Counted from the stretch's first letter, positions 49,493 through 61,327 are shown. The stretch is 64,000 nucleotides of DNA from Candidatus Borrarchaeum weybense (GCA_019057385.1 JAHQJS010000004.1:224001-288000), one strand, 5' to 3'. Made by a program: numbers and translations. The notes: generated from the letters alone by a model not told the origin.

Positions 49493-51868
49493 CTAAATCA
49501 TTCTCAGACTATAAACTGTAAATCTATCATTTTTATACCCAAGACTAAGCATTGGATCTGCTTCAAGTCTTGCTTCACACCCAGAGTATAATCCTCTTTC
49601 ATAAGGACCTACGACAACATAACTTCCCTTTCCTTTCTGAAGCAATTCAAGTCGTAAAGTTGTGTTCTGCGTATTGTAAATTGCTCTTGCATCTTGATTC
49701 TTTAATATTGCATGTGCTCTTCCTGAGACTAATGATATTCGTAGATAGACATAGTAATCTTGATCAAGAAGCCAAGTTCCACTAACGGTAGTTAACTCTG
49801 TATAAAAGACAAATCGGCTCGTTATTGGCGTGTTTTCGCGAAACCAATTACCAACCGCTGCTTCTTCTGGGCTTAGATATGTCCATTGGGTATGTCCTAC
49901 AGTAGGCCAAAAACCGTCATGTGCCCATAAAAACCTTGGATACCAGTGTTGTGAGAGATGTTTCTCATAACTATCAAACCGTGTTCTAACATTAGGTACA
50001 AATGGATTTGGCATTATAATGAATAAAATGAAAAGAAAAATAGCTACATGCATTTTTTTAATGTTGAATCTGGACAAATAGCTGAAAATGGGCTGAAAGA
50101 TGTTTATATCATCCAACCTTCTATAGACTTCAAGAATGAATTCAGCAGATAGAAAGCAGAGAAATACAGGTAAAAAATATTCATAGGATTTTGCAATTAG
50201 GTTTCGATATAGTGGAGGCAATAGCGCATCCCAATCAGCATGTAAACGTAGTGCAGTAAAGATTAGGGATTGCGGAATAATTACTGGTAGCATCTGTGTT
50301 ATAAAAACCACAGGCAAGATCGTTAGAACTAATATGCGATAAAAATTCATTTTTTCAGAAAAAAAGGACACGATTATTATGACGAAGGCAAAAGCCTCCA
50401 AAAAAACGTATGTATTTAGTACATACAGAAGATCTCCGGTGTAAAATGGTTCAATAAATGGTGTTGCCAGTATTCTTAAGATAATAATTATGAGATAGAT
50501 CCCAATCAGTATACTCGCAGGATATCTATACTTCTTCAGTTGATCAAGCGGTTTTTTAATTTCAGCAAGATGTCCGATGAGCACTAAACCTAAGAAAATT
50601 AGAACAGTTAAAAAAACTACTGCGATGGGTAACACTAAACTTCCTTTGTGAGTACTGGTTCCTAGGATAAACATCCAAATAAGATAAGGAAGCGCAAATA
50701 TCCACCCAATGACTAGGCACCATGATGTTATCTTCATATAACGGTAACTTTTCGTGATAAATGCAAATATGTAAACCCCAAGTAGAAGGATTAATGATAG
50801 AATACCAGTTGTTAAATGAGTAATAATGATTGCACCAAGCGATATGCCGCCTAAAACTAGAAACATCTTATTATTATTTTTATTTCGCTCATAAGCAACG
50901 ATTGCAATTAATAAACTCATTACAAAGATATAAACAAAGCAAGTAGATCGTGCATCCATTATTCTATTATTTACTTGTGTGAAGAGAAAAAACGCGGATG
51001 CTATCATTCCGGTTTTTGTATTCCTAAGCTTCCTGCCAGCGGTAAAAACCGTTAATGGGATAAAAAATGATAATATTATACCAGATACACCTGCAACCTC
51101 AACACAAAGTACGTTTGTAAAGAATGTCGCTACAATTATCGTTACCATAGCAAGAACAGCAACTCCTAAAGGGAAGACAGATGTATTATTCAAAAACCCT
51201 GATGGAGCCGCGTCAAGTGGAGAGTAAAAGCCACTTACAACTAATCTTTCAGCAGGTTCGATAAGAAATAAGAAATGATCATCATTCATTGCCCAAGGAT
51301 TTGTCAAATGTAATATTAGACTAGGGATCAAATTCAAGATTAGAATAACGACTAAGAGACCATAGACTAACTGATTACTCCAGATTTCTGACATGAATGC
51401 TTTCCATTCTCTAATTAAAATAGAATATCGCTTCTTAACGAATAGTACTATAGTCCAGAATAATGCAAATGCCCAGATTAAAGGAGCAATTATGATACTA
51501 AACGGACCAAGGGCTACCATTAGATATGTTAAGAGCATTGATCCAATCAGAACAGCATATATCAGTCTCTCTAAAAAGAATTTAGCCTCTCTAATAATGA
51601 AAGTAGAAATTACAAAACCTGGAATAATGAGTAACAGTAGATATGCCACAAATGATAATACTAACAGGCCAATTTGACGTGGTGCCCAAATTAGCAAGTT
51701 ATTAAAGATTACAATACTAACTTCAGCATAGTTTTCAATTTTCACTCTTGCGAAAGAGAGTATAAAGAGAATTAAAAGTGAAATGCTTGTCCACATAAAG
51801 ATATTTCGAAAAAAACTAACTCTTTCTTTTGTAAAGAACTCTATCACATCCTTGCAACTCTTCAACAT
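49493..51868 (-). CDS. GT-C-like membrane protein (DUF1616-like N-terminus, STT3-like tail)
   Basis: IIPGF...ERL, NDDH, THL, WFRENT, YVVVGPYE. Confidence 0.72.
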   Translation of the reverse strand: MLKSCKDVIEFFTKERVSFFRNIFMWTSISLLILFILSFARVKIENYAEVSIVIFNNLLIWAPRQIGLLVLSFVAYLLLLIIPGFVISTFIIREAKFFLERLIYAVLIGSMLLTYLMVALGPFSIIIAPLIWAFALFWTIVLFVKKRYSILIREWKAFMSEIWSNQLVYGLLVVILILNLIPSLILHLTNPWAMNDDHFLFLIEPAERLVVSGFYSPLDAAPSGFLNNTSVFPLGVAVLAMVTIIVATFFTNVLCVEVAGVSGIILSFFIPLTVFTAGRKLRNTKTGMIASAFFLFTQVNNRIMDARSTCFVYIFVMSLLIAIVAYERNKNNNKMFLVLGGISLGAIIITHLTTGILSLILLLGVYIFAFITKSYRYMKITSWCLVIGWIFALPYLIWMFILGTSTHKGSLVLPIAVVFLTVLIFLGLVLIGHLAEIKKPLDQLKKYRYPASILIGIYLIIIILRILATPFIEPFYTGDLLYVLNTYVFLEAFAFVIIIVSFFSEKMNFYRILVLTILPVVFITQMLPVIIPQSLIFTALRLHADWDALLPPLYRNLIAKSYEYFLPVFLCFLSAEFILEVYRRLDDINIFQPIFSYLSRFNIKKMHVAIFLFILFIIMPNPFVPNVRTRFDSYEKHLSQHWYPRFLWAHDGFWPTVGHTQWTYLSPEEAAVGNWFRENTPITSRFVFYTELTTVSGTWLLDQDYYVYLRISLVSGRAHAILKNQDARAIYNTQNTTLRLELLQKGKGSYVVVGPYERGLYSGCEARLEADPMLSLGYKNDRFTVYSLRMI

Positions 51869-51997
51869 GTATTATACTCTGATTAATATGTGAAAACATA
51901 TTTTCTGCAAGGTAATGTGACTTCAACACTGCATTAACTTTATATTTTTTCCGTCGTTGCTGTGATGATATTGATAACCAATGAGTGAGATTGTTTC

Positions 51998-53476
51998 TTG
52001 AAAGTTAGTGAGAGTATGATCTACAACAAAATTATCTCTAGGCTTATCAGTCCTGAAAAACTAATTCTTTACGTCATCCTAATTCTTGCTGTGATTCTTA
52101 GGATCAGCCAAGTCGGGTGGTATGACAAAGACGCTGTAATATATGCGCTAATATCCCGTCGAATCGTAATTGAAGGATTTAGCAGTTTTTTCGAGAGAAA
52201 TGGCTATTGGACATCAATTGATTATAGATTCGGTGATCATCCACCGCTCTTTTTTCTGCTTGTATCATTCTCATTTTTGGTTCTTGGAATGGATTATATT
52301 AATGGATGCATCGTTTCATTAATAGCAGGAATCTTTGCTGTTTTACTTGTTTATGTTCTAGCAGTAGAATTATATGATAAAAAAGTAGGTCTTCTTAGTT
52401 CCTTTCTTACTGCAATTTTGCCTTGGCATGTATTCTTCAGTTCAATTATTCTTGTTGATATGTTAGGATCAACATTGATTCTTCTGACTATGCTGCTTTT
52501 CTTCTACGCCTACAAAAGAGGAAGTTTATCAGTATATATTCTTATGGGTGTTTCTCTTGGAATAAGCCTTCTTACAAAATATTATGCTATAATGGTTCCT
52601 CTAATTATCGTATCTTTTCTGTTTTTATCAAATAGAGAGTTATTATTGAATAAACATTTATGGTTGGCTTTTGGCATCGCGGGAGTTATTTTTGCTCCTT
52701 GGTTATTCTTTGTTGGATTATATCCACTTCGGCATTATGCTTTTACGATAACTCTTAGAGAAAAGGTACCTAATCCTAACCCATTCTTTGTACTAACGTT
52801 TCTATTTGCAGAGTTGACCTTTCCTCTATTCATGTTCTTTGTAATGGGGTTTCTTATGGCACTTTTTAGATCATACAGATTAAAAGGAAAACTTAAAGCA
52901 GATCTTCTCTTGCTAATATGGATTATTGTACCTGCCCTCGTATATACTTATGGAGCAATAGTTAATGATCTGTTGCATCCCTATTGGAATATTTCTGGAT
53001 ATTTATTGCTTACAGTTCCTGCAATTGCAATATTAGCAAGCAATAGTTTTTTTGATGTGTATTCTCATTTGAGAACTTCAATTTCAAAAATGAAAGCTAA
53101 AATTGTAACAATTAATTTTATCCTGCTTATTATAATATCTCTATCGATTTTAATGTGGGGGCGTACAACTGTGGGTGCATTTCGTTTTAACGGATTTTTT
53201 CCTTTTTATGATTATCACGATACAATAGGCGAGGTGACTGTATATATCGAAGAAAACATTTCTGAAGGTGTAACTCTTACTTCCCCTCTCTCGTCAGATT
53301 TGTTTCTGATAAGATTCTACTTAGGTTCAAGCTACAACATTATAAAGTCTGAAGATATATCTCAAAATGAGAGTTATTACTTAATCGCCCGTTTTACGAC
53401 AGATGGGCATCTCCTCAAAGTATTTGAAAGCAAAACACATCCCAACTTTGCTTTCTATTTGTATTATATCTCTTAA
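51998..53476 (+). CDS. GT-C glycosyltransferase (ArnT/PMT_2-like)
   Basis: DKDAVIY, DHPPLF, LVD, LLTKY, APW. Confidence 0.86.
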   Translation: MKVSESMIYNKIISRLISPEKLILYVILILAVILRISQVGWYDKDAVIYALISRRIVIEGFSSFFERNGYWTSIDYRFGDHPPLFFLLVSFSFLVLGMDYINGCIVSLIAGIFAVLLVYVLAVELYDKKVGLLSSFLTAILPWHVFFSSIILVDMLGSTLILLTMLLFFYAYKRGSLSVYILMGVSLGISLLTKYYAIMVPLIIVSFLFLSNRELLLNKHLWLAFGIAGVIFAPWLFFVGLYPLRHYAFTITLREKVPNPNPFFVLTFLFAELTFPLFMFFVMGFLMALFRSYRLKGKLKADLLLLIWIIVPALVYTYGAIVNDLLHPYWNISGYLLLTVPAIAILASNSFFDVYSHLRTSISKMKAKIVTINFILLIIISLSILMWGRTTVGAFRFNGFFPFYDYHDTIGEVTVYIEENISEGVTLTSPLSSDLFLIRFYLGSSYNIIKSEDISQNESYYLIARFTTDGHLLKVFESKTHPNFAFYLYYIS

Positions 53477-53493
53477 ATGGAGGATTACTCTCT

Positions 53494-55446
53494 TTGGATT
53501 CAATTGAAAGAGTCAAAAGTTGGAAATTTATTTTTCAAGACGATAGTAAATTTTTATCCTTAATATCGTTTCTAATATTTGTCCCAATTACTGTATTTGC
53601 ATTGTTTGTAATGACTTACTACTCTGCAAGGTTTGTAGTGGTGAATCAACTCATATTGATTATCATCGCCTTGATTATTTCTCTTTTCTTCCTTCTTTTA
53701 ATTGTTCAAAAACCAAGAATAGGTTCTCATGCCTTAATTCTTGTCTCTCTTATATATACAATCATGCTGTTCTCCTCTCCAGTTTTTTTTAATAACCAAT
53801 GGCTTCCTTATGATGATTCAAGGTACATACTTTCAGTTATCCATTCATATCTCGATCCTTCTGCTTTTGAAAGAGATCCTAGTATTGTTTATCTAAAAGA
53901 AATTCATCCACCTGGACTTCCCTTTTTAGTTATTTGCCTCTCACTAATTTCTGGGTTGGATCTCATTTTTATCTTGAAAATAATTATTTTATCTCTTGGT
54001 TATCTCACGCCTCTACTTTACTACAAAATATCAATAAATTTAACAAAAAACAAGCAATTAGGTCTTGCAACAGCATTTTTGTCCATAACCGTACCTGCAT
54101 CAATAAATATTTTTGCAATCGGTAGCTATTCTTCAATAGGGGCTTTTTTATTCTTACTAATCCTTTATTTTATGACCTTACCTTTAAAGAACTTAAAATG
54201 GCTTATTCTCATTGGAATTTCTGTAGGTATAAGTATCATATTTCATCCCTTTTCTGCACTTGCAACTGCTGTAGGAATATTTGGTCTAAGTATCCTGACC
54301 GCGATTAGGAAGCGTTCTTTTCGCCCTATAGTAGACCTCTTTGTAATAGGGATTGTAATGGTTCTTTCGAGTGCACTTTATTTAATTCAAGCACTTGGTC
54401 GAGATGCAGGTTCTTTGGTAACTCCTACATTCTTAGTGACAACAGGTGTTGGTTTAACTGGAGGAAGGGCTGAAGGATCATTAATTCAACCAGTTACCTA
54501 TCTAGTTTATCTAGCGACTGGAGGTCTATTAGATCTAAGGAACCCATTTTCTGTAGGTTTGGAAGAATTTGTCTGGATGTACCATTTTACGGTCATCCAT
54601 ATGATAGGTTTAATTGGTTCTGTTTTATTTGTCATAGGTTTTATTTGTGCCTTGAAAAGTAGAAGAGATTTGTTTTGGAAACCTTTTCCTCTCATGCTAT
54701 CGATCCTACTTCTTATTGTGTTGCTTCTCTTTTCGACACAAATTTTTGGTGTTCTTGTAACGTTAAGACCTCCAAGATATCTTCCATTCATCATTGCAGT
54801 AACTCCAATTTATTCGGGCATCGGATTCGTAAAGATACTTGATAAAGTCCAAAGAATCGAACTAAAAATATCCGCTAACTATATTAAAGCTGCATTTATC
54901 GCGTTTATATCGATCTTTGGAATACTTGAGGCGACCCTGTATCCTCCTAATTTCTATACCCCTTCAGAGCTTTACGATGCCTGTCTTTGGTTAAGAACTT
55001 ATACAGAATCCGATAATGTTGTTTCAGCTTTGCCTAGATATGCTGATTCGGTCAGAATGTATGCTAAAAGACCAACTATTTCAAGTCACGAATTAGGAGG
55101 CTTCTCTTGGATTTACCAAAATGCCTATTTCATTTGGAAAGAAACTGCAATAGACACATACAAAGCACACTTTACTCAAGAGGAAGCACAACTCATTGAA
55201 TATATTCAAAAATACTCCATCAATTTCTTTTTCATTGATAGTGAATCTTATGGAGAAAATCAAGTGGAAAGGAATCTCTATTATGATTTAAGCCCTGAAA
55301 TACTTCCATATTTGAAAAACGACAATCCTTTGTTAAATGAAATTGGTTCAAATGATATGGAGTTACATTTCTTAGAGGTCGTCTACATGAATGGAAATCT
55401 CATTATAATACATGTTTTAAACCATCGAATCGCTACATATTTCTGA
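53494..55446 (+). CDS. GT-C-like membrane protein with extracytoplasmic tail
   Basis: YDDSRY, HPPG, FHP, PRY, CLWLRTYT. Confidence 0.72.
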   Translation: MDSIERVKSWKFIFQDDSKFLSLISFLIFVPITVFALFVMTYYSARFVVVNQLILIIIALIISLFFLLLIVQKPRIGSHALILVSLIYTIMLFSSPVFFNNQWLPYDDSRYILSVIHSYLDPSAFERDPSIVYLKEIHPPGLPFLVICLSLISGLDLIFILKIIILSLGYLTPLLYYKISINLTKNKQLGLATAFLSITVPASINIFAIGSYSSIGAFLFLLILYFMTLPLKNLKWLILIGISVGISIIFHPFSALATAVGIFGLSILTAIRKRSFRPIVDLFVIGIVMVLSSALYLIQALGRDAGSLVTPTFLVTTGVGLTGGRAEGSLIQPVTYLVYLATGGLLDLRNPFSVGLEEFVWMYHFTVIHMIGLIGSVLFVIGFICALKSRRDLFWKPFPLMLSILLLIVLLLFSTQIFGVLVTLRPPRYLPFIIAVTPIYSGIGFVKILDKVQRIELKISANYIKAAFIAFISIFGILEATLYPPNFYTPSELYDACLWLRTYTESDNVVSALPRYADSVRMYAKRPTISSHELGGFSWIYQNAYFIWKETAIDTYKAHFTQEEAQLIEYIQKYSINFFFIDSESYGENQVERNLYYDLSPEILPYLKNDNPLLNEIGSNDMELHFLEVVYMNGNLIIIHVLNHRIATYF

Positions 55447-55561
55447 AATGATTTCTTCCTTCATTAAGTTAAATGCGGTATAAGATAACTTAAAAAGGCA
55501 CACAATTTAACAAACGAAACCCTCCATTAATTATTTCACAAATAAACGATTTGGTTACAAT

Positions 55562-57136
55562 TTGGATGGACAAGTAATGAGCGAATCAAAAACTCAGAGC
55601 ACCACAAAGAAAGTAATGACAGGAATCTACTGGAACTTAATTGGAAAAGTTCTGACGATGATAGTTACCTTACTCGTTTCAGTTGTGATTGTGAGAAGTT
55701 TAGGTGTAAGGAATTATGGTACCTATGCTTTTGTCTTTACTTTATTTTACCTGGTTGCGCCAATCTGGAAATTGGGAATTGAAGACACACTAAACAAATT
55801 TGTTCCCGAGTTTTTAGCGCTAGGCGACTCTAGTTTGGCAAAAGCCATCATAAAATATGGTGTTCTCATTCAATTAACTGTAGCGGGACTCTTTAGTATA
55901 ACAGTTTACTTTTGGATTGAGAGTCTAACAGCGACGCTAGGTTCTATAGGGTTATTTCCAAACGATCCGGAGTTAATACCCTATTTGCGATTGATTAGTC
56001 TTTGGATCGTTCCTAATTCATTTTCTGCCTTAACAGGTGTTATTTTAGTAAGCATATTTGATCAAAAATTTCTGAATATAGTTGTAGCACTGAAAAATCT
56101 CTCGACTTCTTGTTTTGTAATAGCTGTTCTATTAACTGGATTTGGAATATCTGAGATTATCATAGTAACGATTTTAGTCGAAACTTTTTTTGCGTTAGTA
56201 AAGTTCATTCGCACAGTCTTTAAATTTAGAATTCCTTCAGAATCTGCTAATACAGCTGTAGTAAGTAAAAATGTTAGAAAACGTCTAATCAGATACGCTG
56301 CAATAATGATTGCCATTCCTCTAGTCAATTTTATCATTTGGAAACGATCTGAAAATTATCTGATCGGTTTGTTTAGATCTTTGGAAGAAGTAGGTTTTTA
56401 CAATTTGGCATATTCTTCATCTCAAAACATGCTTGAGAAAACAAATCAATTAATTGGAGAAATGGGCATTGCAGCGTACGCTGAAGTACAAGTACAAGGA
56501 TTCTCAGGATTAAATAAGTCGTGTAAAATGCACGCCAAATTTCTCTACCTCTATGCAGTGCCAGTTGCCTTTGGCGCTTTAACTTTAGCTGAACAATTCA
56601 TCATAATTTTTTACACCGAGGCGATGCGTCCTTCAATATTTCCATTTCAAATACTCCTTATCGCTTTTTGTGTAGGCTTACTGGGGGCACCTATGCATAC
56701 TGCCCTCAATGTGCTTGAGAAGAATGACCTCATATTAAAAATAAATGCAGTATCAGCAGTTGCATTAGTTGCTACTCAAATATTCCTTATTACACAATTT
56801 GGCATACTGGGGGCCGTATTTGGTGTTTTAATATTTCAAATAGCAAACAATGGCTTTTTCTTATACATTACTCGCAAATATGTTGGTGGTAACTTTTTGC
56901 CAATTAAGAATCTAGCAAAGTATATTCTTTCAGGAGCATTAATGGTCTTGATTCTATTAGTTGGGAAGTTCTTTGTTATAACCGAATTATTTACTTTCAT
57001 AGCTTTCGTTTTAATAGGTGCGGGAGTTTATCTGCTTGGATTGAAATTAGTAAAGGCGTTCGATTCGGAAGATCTGCATATTATTCGCCAATCTGATTTT
57101 CCGCTAAAAAAATTTATTCTCAAGTTCTATGGCTAG
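55562..57136 (+). CDS. Oligosaccharide flippase (Wzx/MOP family)
   Basis: Highly hydrophobic; RSLGVRNYG, LIG....EEVGFYNLA, FGILGA. Likely start is ATG 55577. Confidence 0.9.
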   Translation: MDGQVMSESKTQSTTKKVMTGIYWNLIGKVLTMIVTLLVSVVIVRSLGVRNYGTYAFVFTLFYLVAPIWKLGIEDTLNKFVPEFLALGDSSLAKAIIKYGVLIQLTVAGLFSITVYFWIESLTATLGSIGLFPNDPELIPYLRLISLWIVPNSFSALTGVILVSIFDQKFLNIVVALKNLSTSCFVIAVLLTGFGISEIIIVTILVETFFALVKFIRTVFKFRIPSESANTAVVSKNVRKRLIRYAAIMIAIPLVNFIIWKRSENYLIGLFRSLEEVGFYNLAYSSSQNMLEKTNQLIGEMGIAAYAEVQVQGFSGLNKSCKMHAKFLYLYAVPVAFGALTLAEQFIIIFYTEAMRPSIFPFQILLIAFCVGLLGAPMHTALNVLEKNDLILKINAVSAVALVATQIFLITQFGILGAVFGVLIFQIANNGFFLYITRKYVGGNFLPIKNLAKYILSGALMVLILLVGKFFVITELFTFIAFVLIGAGVYLLGLKLVKAFDSEDLHIIRQSDFPLKKFILKFYG

Positions 57137-57146
57137 TTGAATAATA

Positions 57147-58817
57147 ATGTGGTCAATCAATAAAAATAAGATGATTCTCATCGGAATTTTGATCCTAGCT
57201 TTCCTTTTAAGGTTTCATAACCTTGGTTACGCCGAATTTACCGGTGATGAAGCCATTGTAGTGGCTAAATCCTTAGGAATTGTAAGAGCCGGAAGTTATT
57301 TCCGTAAGACTCCATTTCTTGATAAGGAAGTTAATTTTTGGACGCTTAATATCATTTTAAAGCATCATCATCCGCCAATGGAAATTACAGCACATATTCC
57401 GCTTCTAGTGTTTTTTGGAGTGACAGAATTTGTGGCGAGAATTCCTTATCTTTTTTCAGGTGTAATTTCAGTACTGCTTTTCTATAAAATTGCCGAGGAA
57501 TTGTATGGAACAACAACCGCTCATCTTGCCGCTACCTTTGCTTCAATCAATGGATATTTTATCGCATTTTCTCGCCATGTTCAGTTCATGAGTTTGTTTT
57601 TACTTTTTAGTTTATTAACAGCGTATTATTCAGTTAAATATTATAAAAGCAATGATCTAAAAGATTCTGGCCTTGCCGCATTTTTTTTGGGCTTAACTCT
57701 CTTATCACATCATTTCGGTATATTTATGGTGATTCCTTTACTTTATATAATAGTAAAAAAATGGTATGAGAACTCATTAGAAACCAAAAATCTAGTTGTC
57801 TCATTGACCATTCTAGCAATTCTTATTCTACCCTTTTTTATTCCTTGGATGTTTGCTTCATATTTTTTCCCCGAATTAATTCCTCCTGGTACTGGCTATG
57901 CTTCTACATCGCGAAGAGCCTCACCATCTCTCTATTTCAACTTCTTTATATTTCGAATATGGTTAAGATATAATCCTCTTTTTTTCTCTGTGATTTTAAT
58001 CTGCGGCACTCTGATATCTCTTTGGTTCAGAAATTGGAAACTTTATTTCTTTGTAACGTGGTTCTTAGCGTATTTTATTCCTTTAATATTCTTATTACTT
58101 CCATCGCCCACTTACACATATGTTCTTCTTGCTCCTTTGATACTTTTAGCGAGTTTCGGAATTCATAAATCATATTTTATGGTAACTGATAGAATTAGGA
58201 AAGTAAGAATAAAAACTGTGAATGTTTTTGTAATTCTTGCTGGGTTATGTTTTCTCTCTTTGTCTGTATGGAATAGTTACATCACTTTTCTTCAATATGA
58301 CATTTATCCCGCCAGCGCACCATTATTTTATAATTCTAGAAGTTATAAAACTGAACAGGATGCTCCATATGGCGCAAATTACGGAAGAAAAATCGGTTAT
58401 AAAGCAGCAGGATGGTTTATAAGGCATAATTCCAATGAAAATGATATTATTTTAGGTGATGACCCAGCTAAGGCTGCATATTATTGTGATCGTTTAATTA
58501 AAGGAGATATTAAACATCCTGAGGATTTTGAAACAATTAAAAGAGAATTACCTAAGAACCTTTTTATACTATTTCCAGCCCATCTAATAGATCAATATAC
58601 TGAAATATGGACTTTTACAGGAGAGAACTATAATTTAGTGGCAGTTGTTTCATATGACGGCCAATCAACGATGTTTATATTCGCCCCTTCACCTTCAAGT
58701 GAGGTAACTGAACTTAGTATAGAAAAGTATGAAAAATTATTCGATGAAGAGTTTGGTAGTGTTGAAAATAGCTTGTATAAGTATTTTGGCGGCTCTTATC
58801 CAATTACAATGGTCTGA
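57147..58817 (+). CDS. GT-C glycosyltransferase (PMT_2/GT39-like)
   Basis: LRFHNLG...FTGDEA, HPP, EFVARIP, FSR, LSH. Confidence 0.86.
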   Translation: MWSINKNKMILIGILILAFLLRFHNLGYAEFTGDEAIVVAKSLGIVRAGSYFRKTPFLDKEVNFWTLNIILKHHHPPMEITAHIPLLVFFGVTEFVARIPYLFSGVISVLLFYKIAEELYGTTTAHLAATFASINGYFIAFSRHVQFMSLFLLFSLLTAYYSVKYYKSNDLKDSGLAAFFLGLTLLSHHFGIFMVIPLLYIIVKKWYENSLETKNLVVSLTILAILILPFFIPWMFASYFFPELIPPGTGYASTSRRASPSLYFNFFIFRIWLRYNPLFFSVILICGTLISLWFRNWKLYFFVTWFLAYFIPLIFLLLPSPTYTYVLLAPLILLASFGIHKSYFMVTDRIRKVRIKTVNVFVILAGLCFLSLSVWNSYITFLQYDIYPASAPLFYNSRSYKTEQDAPYGANYGRKIGYKAAGWFIRHNSNENDIILGDDPAKAAYYCDRLIKGDIKHPEDFETIKRELPKNLFILFPAHLIDQYTEIWTFTGENYNLVAVVSYDGQSTMFIFAPSPSSEVTELSIEKYEKLFDEEFGSVENSLYKYFGGSYPITMV

Positions 58818-58860
58818 ACATGTTTTAAATCAACTAAAAACTAAAACTGCTGTTTCTTAT

Positions 58861-60039
58861 TTAATATGAAGAGAAAACCTGCTTATAAATGTCCTCTGTT
58901 CTTTCTGCGACCGTTTTAATATCGTATTCTGTCCGCACTACATTACGTCCATGCATACCCATTTTTTTAGCCATTTTCTTATCTGATAAAAGTAGATTCA
59001 ATTTTTCAGAAAGTCTGGTGATATCTGAAAAATTATATCCGAATCCACACTTTTTTTGTTCTAATTCGAATGTGCCGCCAGTATATGCCCCAACAAATGG
59101 TGTTTCGCATGCCATTGCTTCAAGAAGCACCAATCCAAAATTTTCCCATCGACTTGGCATTGCAAGAACATTTGCACCTCTATAGCCACTTAATAGGAGG
59201 TCACGGTCGGTAAAACTGATCGGACCTGTAAATATGATGTTCTCATCAACCTGTAATTTTTTGGCCAAGTCATGACAGAGTTGCATATATCCCTTTTTTC
59301 CTTCCCAGCCAACGAACACAAACTTTGTATCGGGATTCTCACTTAACACACTGGGGATTGCTTTTATGAGATAATCTGGTGCTTTATTGCCAAAAAAATT
59401 TCCAACGAATAATACCATGTTTTCACTATTGATTTCAAATCTCTCTTTAAATAACTCTGGAGAGGGTAACTGTTCATATTTTCCGAAATCTATGCCTGGA
59501 GGAATATGGGAGACCTTTTCCTTTTCTATATTATATAGCTTCAAAATTGTAATTTGTTCATATTTCGTCCAGGCAATAACTGTGTCAGCTGCTTTCAGCA
59601 TCAAAGGAATACAAAATCTATAATAAAGCCTATTAACCCACCAACCCGATTTGTGAAGATGAGAAAAGCCAATAGGGGAGAAAATAACTGGCGTTTGGAG
59701 TAGTTTCAGCTTTTTAAATGGCAATGCAGAATCTGTAGTCCAGACATATTGCATCTGAAAGTTAATCAGATCAAATTCTTTAGCATGTCGAAGAACTGCA
59801 AGAGGATAATAGGGCTGCACACGATGATGTGGAATGCCATAAGGCTTCCATGGGATGACACCAAATCTTCTTACATTAACTCCTTCGATTATTTCTCTTT
59901 TTGGAGTTCCTGGGAGTTTATGTGTAAAAACGGTGACAGTATGGCCTTTTTCAATCAAGATTTTTGACAAATTGTGCACATAGATTTGTGCACCACCAAC
60001 TTGAGGCCAATAGGTATGGATAGTCTGAAGAATGCGCAC
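58861..60039 (-). CDS. GT4 glycosyltransferase
   Basis: YWPQVGGA, IPPGID, PSRWENFGLVLLEAMA; GAGGT before the GTG start. Confidence 0.94.
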   Translation of the reverse strand: MRILQTIHTYWPQVGGAQIYVHNLSKILIEKGHTVTVFTHKLPGTPKREIIEGVNVRRFGVIPWKPYGIPHHRVQPYYPLAVLRHAKEFDLINFQMQYVWTTDSALPFKKLKLLQTPVIFSPIGFSHLHKSGWWVNRLYYRFCIPLMLKAADTVIAWTKYEQITILKLYNIEKEKVSHIPPGIDFGKYEQLPSPELFKERFEINSENMVLFVGNFFGNKAPDYLIKAIPSVLSENPDTKFVFVGWEGKKGYMQLCHDLAKKLQVDENIIFTGPISFTDRDLLLSGYRGANVLAMPSRWENFGLVLLEAMACETPFVGAYTGGTFELEQKKCGFGYNFSDITRLSEKLNLLLSDKKMAKKMGMHGRNVVRTEYDIKTVAERTEDIYKQVFSSY

Positions 60040-60202
60040 TAGTTATACCTCATTTGTAGAGAATATTTGAAAAGATAGAAGTCGGTTGATCAAAAGAGTT
60101 CATATTTGTTTCTAAGATAATGGAATTTGTTCATAAATATCCTTCAGTTTGCAGTTTGTTCTTTAGAAAGAAGTATGAATAGAGGTTTAGTGAAAAGAAA
60201 CT

Positions 60203-61327
60203 TTACAAGACACTTAAATATGCCTCTTCTGTCTTGTCAAAGACGTTTGACCAATCATAATTTGCTAAAACAGAATTTCTATAATCTCTTGCATTTTCTG
60301 AAAAACGGTCATCTTTTATAACTCTAATAATTTTTTTTGCTAAATCATCTGGATCGCTATGATTGCAAAAGAAACCTGTATCATCTTCTTTTATTATGTC
60401 AAAAGCGACTCCAACTGGTGTTGACACAATTGGCTTTCCACAGGCGGCAGCTTCTACCAGAGTAATCCCAAATGATTCGTGTAATGATGGAAGAACGAAT
60501 ACATCAGCAAGAGCATATGCTTCAAGTAATGTTTTAGAATCTACACGACCCATGAAAATTACAGTATCTTGCATCCCTAAACGTTTTGCTAAGTTTTTAT
60601 ATTCGAAAATACGCTCGCCACCGCCAATTAACAAACATTTGACATCCGTTTTAAATTGATGGCGTAACTTACTTATAGCCTTAATTAGAGTATCTGTTCC
60701 TTTGTGGCCAGCCAGTTTTCCGACTGACAAGATTACTTTTTCATTCTGTAAATCAAACTTTTCTTTCAAATTGTGTTCAGGTAAATTTTGAAATCGCGAT
60801 GAATCAATTCCCGTAGGAATTTTTTGTATCTTAGATTCTTTTATATAGCGTGATAAGGTTTTAAACTCGCTTTCACATTGTGCAATAATTTTATTTGCGG
60901 ATTTGATGACTTTAATTCCAGCAGTGTTCGCGTAGATTGTTCCCCATGGATGATATTGAGGTGTAAGAAGGCATGGAGTGTTTCGTAATTTTCCACTTGT
61001 AACTGCTAAAAGTGATTGAAATGTGCAATAACCAAAACCGTGAATTATGTCAACATCTTGCACATCGGATGAAAGCAGATATGGAAACATTTGGGGCGTT
61101 ATATATCTTGGATGTTTTAGAAATCGTGACAAAAAGTGTGGTTTAAGTTTGAATCTTCTTATAATAGTACCTTCTCTAACTTCAAAATCAGGCTGATTTG
61201 GATATGCAGAAGTATAAACCGTTACGAAATGTCCTTTTTTTCTAAATCCTTGTACAATATTGTAGGCAAGGATTTGAGTACCACCAATTGATGGTGGATA
61301 TCTATGAACCATAAATAAAATCTTCAT
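60203..61327 (-). CDS. GT4 glycosyltransferase
   Basis: YPPSIGG, GKLAGHKG, PSLHESFGITLVEA; AGGTGA ribosome-binding site. Confidence 0.94.
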   Translation of the reverse strand: MKILFMVHRYPPSIGGTQILAYNIVQGFRKKGHFVTVYTSAYPNQPDFEVREGTIIRRFKLKPHFLSRFLKHPRYITPQMFPYLLSSDVQDVDIIHGFGYCTFQSLLAVTSGKLRNTPCLLTPQYHPWGTIYANTAGIKVIKSANKIIAQCESEFKTLSRYIKESKIQKIPTGIDSSRFQNLPEHNLKEKFDLQNEKVILSVGKLAGHKGTDTLIKAISKLRHQFKTDVKCLLIGGGERIFEYKNLAKRLGMQDTVIFMGRVDSKTLLEAYALADVFVLPSLHESFGITLVEAAACGKPIVSTPVGVAFDIIKEDDTGFFCNHSDPDDLAKKIIRVIKDDRFSENARDYRNSVLANYDWSNVFDKTEEAYLSVL